Positions 11,200 to 23,499 of a DNA stretch of 64,000 bases are shown here, in pieces. The number at the start of each line of letters is the position of its first letter. Within the stretch, counting starts at the first letter, position 1. Source of the stretch: Eledone cirrhosa (Eukaryota); the NCBI GenBank assembly GCA_964016885.1, contig OZ024742.1:240870001-240934000 (forward strand), read 5' to 3'. Both the position numbers and the translations under genes were made by a program. The notes under the pieces are model-generated. The model saw only the letters and a program-made list of their open reading frames with translations, was not told where the DNA came from and made no database searches.

Positions 11200-12530
11200 A
11201 ACAAGAGAATCTCTACAATGTCACTTTTCCTGTTGGAAATAACCGCAAAATATCCCATAAATCATTATGTACTAGCAAGAAAATCTCTCCAATGTCAATC
11301 TTCCTGTTGGAAATAGCCGCCAACTGTCCCATAAATCAGTGGGAATCTCTACAATGTCACTCTTTCTGTTGGAAATAGCCGCCAAATGTCCCATAATTCA
11401 GTGGGAATCTCTACAATGTTACTCTTCCTGTTGGAAATAACTGTGAAATGTTCCATAAATCAGTGGGAATCTCTACAATGTCACTCTTCCTGTTGGAAAT
11501 AACCACCAAATGTCCCATAATTCAGTGGGAATCTCTACAATGTTACTCTTCCTGTTGGAAATAACTGTGAAATGTCCCATAAATCAGTGGGAATCTCTAC
11601 AATGTCACTCTTCCTGTTGGAAATATCCGCCAAATGTCCCATAAATCAGTGGGAATCTCTACAATGTCACTCTTCCTGTTGGAAATAGCCGCCAACTGTC
11701 CCATAAATCAGTGGGAATCTCTACAATGTCACTCTTTCTGTTGGAAATAGCCGCCAAATGTCCCATAAATCAGTGGGAATCTCTACAATGTCACTCTTTC
11801 TGTTGGAAATAGCCGCCAAATGTCCCATAAATCAGTGGCAATCTCTACTATGTCACTCTTCCTGTTGGAAATAGCCGCCAAATGTCCCATAAATCAGTGG
11901 GAATCTCTACAATGTCACTCTTCCTGTTGGAAATAACTGTGAAATGTTCCATAAATCAGTGGGAATCTCTACAATGTCACTCTTCCTGTTGGAAATAACC
12001 ACCAAATGTCCCATAATTCAGTGGGAATCTCTACAATGTTACTCTTCCTGTTGGAAATAACTGTGAAATGTCCCATAAATCAGTGGGAATCTCTACAATG
12101 TCACTCTTCCTGTTGGAAATAGCCGCCAAATGTCCCATAAATCAGTGGGAATCTCTACAATGTCACTCTTCCTGTTGGAAATAGCCGCCAACTGTCCCAT
12201 AAATCAGTGGGAATCTCTACAATGTCACTCTTTCTGTTGGAAATAGCCGCCAAATGTCCCATAAATCAGTGGGAATCTCTACAATGTCACTCTTTCTGTT
12301 GGAAATAGCCGCCAAATGTCCCATAAATCAGTGGCAATCTCTACTATGTCACTCTTCCTGTTGGAAATAGCCGCCAAATGTCCCATAAATCAGTGGGAAT
12401 CTCTACAATGTCACTCTTCCTGTTGGAAATAACTGTGAAATGTCCCATAATTCAGTGGGAATCTCTACAATGTCACTCTTCCTGTTGGAAATAGCCGCCA
12501 AATGTCCTATAAATCAGTAGGAATCTATCA
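11200..12530. repeat. 62-bp minisatellite, about 21 copies
   Basis: Unit cagtgggaatctctacaatgtcactcttcctgttggaaatagccgccaaatgtcccataaat starts at 11337, 11399, 11461 ... 12515, with two degenerate units upstream. Confidence 0.95.
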
Positions 12531-13311
12531 TGCCAAAGTCTCCGATCTGCGTATAATTAAAAAATTCCGTTATGTCTTTCCGGTGAAAAGGGAAAACGAA
12601 CACAAGTCATCAGCTCCTCTCTTCTTATTAAGCAAATAGAAACAGAATTACCTGTTTCACTAGATTGCAGTGCTGAGAATGAAAAGACAACAACAAAAAA
12701 CACAAAACAAACAAAACAAAAAACCGAAACAAAAGAAAATAAACTAAGAAACAAAGAAGAGCAGCCAGAGATACACGCTTCCCCAAGGGCTGGCGCTCAA
12801 TAGTATATTTCTGTGTAGTATACTAGAAAAAAAAAAACTATCAGAAAAACCCCGCTACAATCAAAGCAAAGTAACCTCCACCATTTTGTTGATCCACCAC
12901 TTGAGATGCTCCCTAACCGAACATCCCACCTCCATAAAACACCTCAACCTTGGATAAACGACAGAAACGATACAAAATACATAAAACTTTCAACTTTGAT
13001 GGGGGTTCTTCAGCATGCCTTTAGTTGTGGTGGCTAAAATAAACTATCTATCTATCGATCTATCTATCTATCTATCTATCGATTCGTCTATCTATCTATA
13101 TGTCTGTCTATCTATCCGTTCATCCATCCCTCCATCCATTCATCCATCAATCTCTCTCTCTCTCACTAACACACACACATACACACATACACACTCCCTC
13201 TCTGTATACACAAACACACAGAAACACACAAACACACATACGCATACATACACATACACACACATACACGCACACTCAAACACCCATATATATATATACA
13301 AATATATATAT

Positions 13312-13532
13312 AGTGGTAGGAACACTGGAAGGTAATATCCGTAGTGGTAGAGCACTCAGTCCAAGGGACGAGTTAGGTAGAAGTGGTTACACAACAGTTA
13401 GTTCACCATACCAAGAACAATTGTTTCACTTTAGCGGATCCTCAGCTCGTAATGGTCCATTACGAGCTGAGGATCCGCTAAGCTGAAACAATTGTTCCCG
13501 GTATGGTGAACTAACTGTTGTGTAACCACTTC

Positions 13533-13534
<2 letters not shown>
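13312..13534. mobile_element. Penelope-like pLTR fragment forming a 157-bp palindrome, with an HHR-like motif in each arm
   Basis: Arms 13378-13455 and 13457-13534. Left arm on the minus strand reads cgag-CTGAGGA-...-GAAA-caattg-TT-cttg. TA tracts on both sides. Confidence 0.65.
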
Positions 13535-13597
<63 letters not shown>

Positions 13598-13599
<2 letters not shown>

Positions 13600-13814
13600 T
13601 AGTCGATCGACTTTCGTCAAATCGGACCGAGGAAACTATGTTTCCGTTGGTCTTTCCAATTGCTAATACTATCTATCGGTCGCAACTCCAGGTAGAAGGA
13701 GCAACGTGAAATAAAGTGTCTTGCTCAAGGACATAACGCATCTCCTGGTTCAGGAATCGAACTCACAACCTCACGATTGTGAATCCAATACTCTAACCAC
13801 TCAGCCACACGCCT
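13598..13814 (-). mobile_element. tRNA-derived SINE with CORE-like domain
   Basis: Minus strand: A-box tggctgagtgg, B-box gagttcgattcc, then gtccttgagcaagacac. Further copies at 19520-19735 and 19740-19945. Confidence 0.85.
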
Positions 13815-13845
13815 TCACTTATATATATATATATAGGAAAATAAT

Positions 13846-14042
13846 CAAGACCCCGACGGCAGAGCTCAAGACGTTTCGACGGGTATTTCTGGACTAAATT
13901 TAGTCCAGAAATAGCCGTCGAAACGGCTTGAGCTCTGCCGTCGGGGTCTTGACTATTTTCCTATTACCCACTCTACTACCCAAAATATCGAGTACTCTGG
14001 TGCGTTATGGTCCACCTGGTTGCTTACCACACTTCCTTCGCT
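13846..14042 (+). mobile_element. Short fold-back element (family X, half-hammerhead) in (TA)n
   Basis: Palindrome centred on ggactaaatttagtcc, plus a unique tail with GAGTAC. Relatives at 23280-23470, 34186-34340, 35632-35753 and 49422-49617. Confidence 0.7.
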
Positions 14043-14633
14043 ATATATATATTGAACAAAGTCTGATTCACCGCCTTGGGTCCTATCCCCTCTTGGACTC
14101 AACTCACCTCCCCAATTTCTCTAATACCCCACACCTCTAGATTACTATCGCTTTCTCTTGATCATTAGCATCTTCTCTTACAACTACTACATGCCGACTA
14201 TATATGCTCACTCCACTTCTCCCTTCACTGCTCTGTATACACACATACACATCCTTATATTAACATACTATTGCTCATAGCTTCGTACTTACATGCACAC
14301 AAATTCTGTTACTCACATATATACACACTTTTCTTCTTAGCTTCGTACAAACGTTTAATAAAACACACACACACACATACATAAACACATACACGCACAC
14401 ACACACAAACACGTGCACAAGTATAGCTCTTTTTACAAACCGTTTTTTTTTTCCCATTTCAGGTAGACACACTCCATCATCCACTTTTCTAAAAAATAAA
14501 TCAAACACAAAACGCCAGCACGAACAGTTTTGCAAGAGATGTCAACATGAATGGACCTGTTATTTTTATCTAAAGACATTTTTTTTCAATTCTATCCCGC
14601 CCGTCCCCTCAATCTATCTTATTTCTCATTCTT

Positions 14634-14669
14634 TCTTCTGATGAAGGACTAGCGTCCGAAACGTTAAGA
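14634..14669 (+). ncRNA. Minimal type I hammerhead ribozyme
   Basis: tctt-CTGATGA-a-ggac-tagc-gtcc-GAAA-c-GTT-aaga, with palindromic stem III (AACGTT). Decayed paralogue on the minus strand at 34092-34127. Confidence 0.85.
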
Positions 14670-14750
14670 CCCTCTTCTTGCTATATCAAGCGTTAACCTA
14701 ATATATCTCTTCCATATACTGTACCGATTGTGTTGTTATTTCTGTTTATC

Positions 14751-14872
<122 letters not shown>

Positions 14873-15184
14873 TTATATATATATATATGTGTGTGTATGT
14901 GTTGGTATATATATATACCAACATATTTAGTTTTATGATATTGACAGGGTTTGGTACTAGAATGGCAATAAAGTATTTGCTGAAATCTGTAGTGTTCTGT
15001 GTGCAGAATACTTTATTCTACAATGTAGAATAAAGTATTCTGCACAGCAGATTTTTTAATGTAGAATCTACATTAATATTTACCTGTATCCCGTAGTAAA
15101 CTGGTGTCATAGCGTCATAACGATTTGCCTCTCATCTATTAAACGCCATGAAACAGGAGCAGAATTATTTTGAGTGTTCAAAAG

Positions 15185-15328
<144 letters not shown>

Positions 15329-16676
15329 ATATTTACATAATTTATTAGTTTTAACTCTTATAGTTTAACTAAGATATCTCGATTACCGTTAACATGGTAG
15401 TAGTAAAGATTCAAATTTAATAAGCTTAAATATATTTCTATGTGCTTTGGTGGCTTTATACTGAATATTTGGTGGCTTTATACTGAATATTTAACAAATT
15501 CTCAACAAAATATATACCATTTAAGGATCGTCAATTTCTACTGGAAATTATTATTAGAATTTATACCAAAAGTCTACAAGGATTCCTTCCCACTATTTGA
15601 AAACTTTAATGTATATCTTCTTTGCAACGTAATAAAAGTTTTTTGAGAACATTATTCTTGAATTTCAGGCTACCCACTAAGCTATAACTTCATACAGAAG
15701 GTGTTTGTTGCACATGAAAAGATGCATGACCCAGTACAAATGACATGTAGCGTGTTTCCACGGTGCTTTCTGATTGTACCCCAAAAGCTTGTTTGTGTAA
15801 AGAATGATTTCATCAGTGATAACCGTAAACAAATGAATGACAAAAATCTTATTGAAAAAACAACAAAATTTCATTGTTGAGAATGTCGAAACGACATCTT
15901 TACAAATGAAGTGCATTGGTGTAAAAATACAGCCTGGTTGGAGAGCAGCTCGTTAAAGAACGCATTGAGTTGATAAAATACAGAGCATGTTAGCTACCAT
16001 GTGACATTTGCGCGCTAGAAGCAGCCATGTTGACGTTTTGATTATGAATTCAACTTAGGAACGAAGGGGGGTAGCACGCTCATATACAAATTACTTTCAA
16101 TGAAGCTAGTTATCCAGATCTTGTAAAATAACATCTCCTAGGTGTTTATATCGTGATGCAAGAAAACATTAGAAGAGGTAAATACATAGTAGCAGTTGAT
16201 TTCAACGAGGAGAAGATTAAGCAGCTTCTCAGTGCAACAATAGCAATGTGTTAGATGATGTGCATGCATCAATTTGTTGGTATTTGTAAGCAGTTTATCA
16301 GAATGGTAGCCGTTGATAAAATACGGTTTTATTACATTTCCAGACGAACCATGTCAATACGAAATGATTGGGCAATGCACTGAATCTCAGACACATCTTC
16401 AGAAAATGTAGAGTTTATTGACAGGAAAATCTGAAGTATTTAATTAAACATGACTTTTACAAACCGACTGAAAATATCACTGCAGACGATATTTATATTG
16501 ATGTCAGTACGCCTGTGCGTGTATGCGTCCATTCAGAAAGATTTGCCGCCGTAAGTCTACTCGTTTACTTTCTCATATAGATCAATATATAGATGCATAC
16601 TTTACAAACACACCCACACAGCATCCACACAAATATACGGACACAAACATAGACACATATATGGAAACTCTCTCAA

Positions 16677-16727
<51 letters not shown>

Positions 16728-18551
16728 GTATATACATACACACATACAGACGTACACACAAACATTAAAATTATAAAGTTACAAATAAAATTATATAGAC
16801 ATACACAATACAAGCTATATGTGTACATATACATATCAACATCCGCATTTACACAAGTTCAATAGACACAATGATATAAGTTTATATATATAATATAATT
16901 CAAATTTAAATACTGTATAAGATATATATATATATATGCGTATTCATAGTATATACGTATATATATATATATGCGTATACATAGTATATACATACGCATA
17001 GAATATATTGATTTAATACTTCCGTGCATCTGACATACATACATACATACATACATGCATACATACATATATACATGCAACATACATTCATACATGCATA
17101 TATACATACATATATACATACATGCGCACACACTCACGGACGTATATAAATAAATATACACAAATCAAACGAAATATATACAAATAAGCAAAACAAATGT
17201 AAACAATGATATACGTACAGACAGACAATGTGTGTATATATTCAGATGTGCATGTATGTACAATGATGTGCATCTATGTATGCATATGTGCATTTATACA
17301 TGCACATGTGAATGTCTGTATGCAGATGTGAATGTGTGTATGTAGATGTTCATGTATGTATGCAGATGTGCATTTATATATGAAGATGTGAATGTGTATG
17401 TATATGCATATGTGAATATTTGTATACAGATGTGAATGTGTGTATGTAGGTGTTTGTGTGTGTATGCAGATGTGAATATTTGTATGCAGATGTGAATATT
17501 TGTATGCAGATGTAAATGTGTGTATGTAGATGTGAATGTATGTAAGCAGATGTGCATTTATATATGCAAATGTGAATGTGTATATGTAGATGTGAATGTA
17601 TATATGCAGATGTGAATATCTGAATGCAGATGTGAGTAAAATGAAAGAGTGTAGGTAATGTTATAGAATTTTGGATGTGTTCATTTAGCAGCTGGTGCAA
17701 AGTAAACGCAACATTCCATTTCAGTTTTATCTGAAAGGTTAACTTATTATTTGCCTGCACGTTCTCTATTTTCATTGTCTGTTTTTCCAAGATGACATCT
17801 AAGTATATTATTACAATTGGCGTTTGCCAAAGAATAGAGATGAACCATACCAAAAACTTGATTTCAAATCCTAATTGTAACTGCTTAACTTAATTTATCA
17901 TGTTCAAGTCCATGAAATTCGTTGCGGAGTCAAACTCTTATTTTCAATGTCTTATAGCATTAGAAAAATATGATTTTGTTTTTACTCTAAGTTACCATAC
18001 AACAATGCCTGTACTTGTGAACGCTGGCATGGCCATTTGGTTACGAACTTTATTACGCAACCACAGAGTTCTGGGTTCGATCCAACTACTATGCGATATC
18101 TTAGGAAAGAGTTGATTATTACAGCTACTGATTGACTTAGCAGTGAGAGGAAGATTAAATAGATAGAAATTGATCGCAAGCCCATCGGATGGACTATAAA
18201 TATTCTTGGATGGTAGGATTAATCCGTCGCTCCGTTTAATTTCCCAACTTGATCATTGGTTGTCTTTTATGATCAGGGCTCTGTTATAAGGATAACCCAA
18301 GAGCTGCAATTTATTCCATCTTTTTCACCAACAGTCCCAAAGTTAAGTGTAAGGGTTATATACACTAACTGAACTTTAGAAAGCCGGATATATACACACG
18401 CATACTCTCATACGCACATACATAAATATTTTTTGTTTTCCTTTGAAACATATTGCAAAACAACGGAATTAACCAGCTACTTGGCGTAGAAAGGAACGAT
18501 CGACTTTCATTAAATCAGACCGAGGAAACAATGCTTCCGTTGGTCTTGCCA

Positions 18552-19251
18552 TTATTATTATAGCAGTAGATTGGCAGTATTGGTAGACGGTCGGACGCCA
18601 TGCTTCACGGCGTAGAGTTATGACCCTTTACGGTCTGATTTCAAATCCCGCCGAGGTTAACTTTGCCTTTCATCCTTACGAGGTCGATAAAATAAAGTAC
18701 CAGTAACGTACTGGTATCGATTTAATCGACTTTCACCTCCCCCCCCCCCAAACAAAAATTAATGGCCTTGTGCCTATACTAGAAATCATTATTATAGCAG
18801 TAGCAGAATCGATAGAACATCGGAACCATGCTTCGCGACATAGAGTTACGACTCTTTACATTCTGAGTTCAAATCCCGCCCAGGTAACCTTTACCTTTCA
18901 TCCTTACGGGATCGATAAAATAAAGCACCAGTAATGGGGTCGATTTAATCGACTTTCCCCTCCCCAAAAATTGCTGGCCTTTTGCCTAAATCAGAAACCA
19001 TTATTATTATTATAATCAGTGGTCATTGGACACCATGTTTTGAGTCATAGAGTTACGTCCCTTTACGTTCTGAGTTCAAATTCCGCCGAGGTTAACTTTG
19101 CTTTGCATCTTTATGGGGTCGACAAAATAAAGTACCAGTCATACACTGGCGTCGATTTAATCAATTTTCTCTTCCCTCCAAATTGCTGCTCTTGTGCCTA
19201 AATCAGAAATCATTATTTTATTATTGTTGTTGTAGTTATCATCACCACCAC

Positions 19252-19295
<44 letters not shown>

Positions 19296-19299
19296 CCAC

Positions 19300-19353
<54 letters not shown>

Positions 19354-20120
19354 TACCCTCATTTTCATTATACTTTGTTCTGTCCGCTCAAGCCCTGTTT
19401 AGTCCGTAAATTACAGAAAATATATTGATAAGTTACCCTTTTAGGGATTTAATTTTATTGATTTTTGTATCCCTTTTTGAGGTGTGGGGGAACGACTCCT
19501 ACGCCAGAAAAAAAAAAAATTCTCGATCGACTTTCGTCAAATCGAACCGAGGAAACAATGCTTCCGTTGGTCTTGCCAATTGCTAATACTATCTATCGGT
19601 CGCAACTCCAGGTAGAAGGAGCAACGTGAAATAAAGTGTCTTGCTCAAGGACATAACGCATCGCCTGGTCTGGGAATCGAACTCACAACCTCACGATTGC
19701 GAATCCAATTCTCTAATTACGAGGCCACACGCTTCCACGGCTGAGTGGTTAGAGAATTGGATTCGCAATCGTGAGGTTGTGAGTTCGATTCCCAGACCGG
19801 GCGGTGCGTTATGTCCTTGAGCAAGACACTTTATTTCACGTTGCTCCTTCTACCTGGAGTTGCGACCGATAGATAGTATTAGCAATTGGCAAGACCAACG
19901 GAAGCATTGTTTCCTCGGTTCGATTTGACGAAAGTCGATCGAGAATTTTTTTTTTTTCTGGCGTAGGAGTCGTTCCCCCACACCTCAAAAAGGGATACAA
20001 AAATCAATAAAATTAAATCCCTAAAAGGGTAACTTATCAATATATTTTCTGTAATTTACGGACTAAACAGGGCTTGAGCGGACAGAACAAAGTATAATGA
20101 AAATGAGGGTAATGATGATA

Positions 20121-20183
<63 letters not shown>

Positions 20184-20889
20184 GTGGTGGTGATGATAAC
20201 TACAACAACAATAATAAAATAATGATTTCTGATTTAGGCACAAGACCAGCAATTTGGAGGGGAAGAGAAAATTGATTAAATCGACGCCAGTGTATGACTG
20301 GTACTTTATTTTGTCGACCCCATAAGGATGCAAAGCAAAGTTAACCTCGGCGGAATTTGAACTCAGAACGTAAAGGGACGTAACTCTATGACTCAAAACA
20401 TGGTGTCCAATGACCACTGATTATAATAATAATAATGGTTTCTGATTTAGGCACAAGGCCAGCAATTTTTGGGGAGGGGAAAGTCGATTAAATCGACCCC
20501 ATTACTGGTGCTTTATTTTATCGATCCCGTAAGGATGAAAAGTAAAGGTTACCTGGGCGGGATTTGAACTCTCAGAATGTAAAGAGTCGTAACTCTATGT
20601 CGCGAAGCATGGTTCCGATGTTCTATCGATTCTGCTACTGCTATAATAATGATTTCTAGTATAGGCACAAGGCCATTAATTTTTTTTTTGGGGGGGGGAG
20701 GGAGGTGAAAGTCGATTAAATCGATACCAGTACGTTACTGGTACTTTATTTTATCGACCTCGTAAGGATGAAAGGCAAAGTGAACCTCGGGGGGATTTGA
20801 ACTCAGAACGTAAAGGGTCGTAACTCTACGCCGTGAAGCATGGCGTCCGACCGTCTACCAATACTGCCAATCTACTGCTATAATAATAA
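18552..20889. repeat. ~2.3-kb inverted duplication (each arm: 3 tandem Nin-like SINEs, (CAT)n, CORE-like SINE)
   Basis: 18552-19716 is the reverse complement of 19749-20889, with scattered substitutions and different (CAT)n length. Confidence 0.95.
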
Positions 20890-20944
20890 GTAGTTGTCCT
20901 AGTAGAAAAAGAAGAAAAGAAATAGAAAAAGAAAAGGAACAGCA

Positions 20945-21060
20945 AGTAATAGTAGTAGTTGTAATAATAGTAGTTTTAGTAGTAGTAGTGATAATAGTGA
21001 TAGTAGTGATAGTAGTGATAGTAGATGTAGTGGTAGTGGTAGTGGTTGTGATGGTAGTCA

Positions 21061-21095
<35 letters not shown>

Positions 21096-21179
21096 GAAGT
21101 AGTAGTAGTAGTGGTAGTAGTAGTACTAGTAGTAATATTGGCAGTAGTAATAGTAATGATAGTAGTAGTTCTGGTGGTG

Positions 21180-21244
<65 letters not shown>

Positions 21245-21250
21245 CGTAGT
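20945..21250. repeat. (GTA/GTG)n microsatellite
   Basis: Directly visible. Confidence 0.9.
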
Positions 21251-22129
21251 AAAACAAGATCAAAAACCCGCCAGACAGCCAACAATAGCAATAATAGTGA
21301 ATAATAACGTCGACACTAATAATTGCATCTTAGTTCTAAAGAAAAGTTAGGTTTTGTCTTTAGTAAATCGTTACGCTTTCAGCTGAAACAAAAGAGAAGC
21401 AAATATATATATATATATATATGGAGAAAACAACCACAAAACAACAACAACCAAATAGTAACATCAATAACAATAATAAAAAAATAAAATTAAAATAAAA
21501 CACAAACACAGAAGCAAATAAAAAGCAAACAAACTATTTAGCATTTCAGTCTTCGGTTCTATAATCAGTTCATTCGGCATAATATTTACAACAATGTTGG
21601 TGAAGGCAATTTTGGAGAACCTCTGTTTTTATCTTTGTCTATTTCTGTTAGAAATATTCTCATGTTGCCCAACTATGAGAGAAAAAGTATATACATACAC
21701 ATATATATATATATACAAATATATATATATATATATATGTATATATAGAAGAAAAATAAAAGAAATAAGGCTACAAACAAATGAGAGAAAAAAAAGACGG
21801 AAAATAAGAAAGAAAAAGGCATGCGGTATTTTTGTTGTAGGTATTCAGTATGTCAACAGGTATTTACAAATGACAAGAAAATAATTACATTTTCTTTTTG
21901 TAGTTTTCGCTTTCTCATCAGTTGCCTGTTTTGCATACATACATATAAACATACATACGTAAACACACACATACATACATACATATAAATATACATACAA
22001 ATATACATACATGCACACATATTCTTACATGCATACATAGATACATGTATACTAATATACATACACACAACTTCTCACATAAACACACACATACGCTAAG
22101 ACATATAATCTCATATAAAAACAAATATG

Positions 22130-22231
<102 letters not shown>

Positions 22232-22391
22232 TATATATAGATATAGATATAGATAGATACATATATACGTGTGTATATAAATATTATATATATATATGAA
22301 TATATATGTATATATGTATATATATATATATATGAATATATATATATATATATATGAATATATATATATATATGAATATATGTATATATGA

Positions 22392-22444
<53 letters not shown>

Positions 22445-22496
22445 GATATAGATAGATACATATAAACGTGTGTATATAAGTATTATATATATATGA

Positions 22497-22540
<44 letters not shown>

Positions 22541-22557
22541 GAATATATATGTATATA

Positions 22558-22618
<61 letters not shown>

Positions 22619-22963
22619 GACGTGTGTTTGTGTGTGTATTCGTGTGTATGAGCGTGGATTTTAGTATTGCGTGTTGTCATAAAAGATGTAGTCCCCGTTT
22701 TAATATCAGACGTCTGATTAGTATTTAGTAAATGTACTTTCTTCGTTATTAGTGATTCCACGAGTGAATTTTAAAACCGCTTTTTTCTCGTATGTTCCTA
22801 TTTAATAGCTTACGCTTTCTCGACTCCCTCTATAATTCCTATATATATACAAACACAAACACAAACCGACGTAAGCTATTGGAGCTGAGGTAAGGTAGAA
22901 AAGAAGTTGGAGACCGTATTATTTTTCATTTCGTATATATATATATATATGTGTACATGTATA

Positions 22964-23127
<164 letters not shown>

Positions 23128-23221
23128 GAGAAGAAAGAAGAATACTGCGTGGTTGCACATGGGTTACATATGATAAAAATAGTCCTTCGTCAGTGATTTG
23201 CCAACCATCATTGATATTTCG

Positions 23222-23283
<62 letters not shown>

Positions 23284-23499
23284 CGAAGGAGGTGTGGTGA
23301 GGAACCAGATGGACTATAATGCACCAGAGTACTCAATACTTAGGGTAGTAGAGTGGGTAATAGGAAAATGTTTGACCCCGACGACAGAGCTCAAGCCGTT
23401 TCGACGGCTATTTCTGGAGTCCAGAATTAGCCGTCGAAACAGCTTGAGCTCTGCCGTCGTGGTCAAACATATATATATATATATATACGCATATATATA

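Noticed and set aside
11200-12530. CRISPR-like array
   Set aside because: The entire 62-bp unit repeats with no unique spacers; there are no cas genes and the context is eukaryotic.
13735-13814. tRNA gene
   Set aside because: The A/B boxes continue into a SINE body with multiple dispersed copies; no complete cloverleaf.
21540-21690. Possible host exon after tttttctctcatAG on the minus strand
   Set aside because: All frames stop quickly, and there is no clear donor or recognisable peptide.
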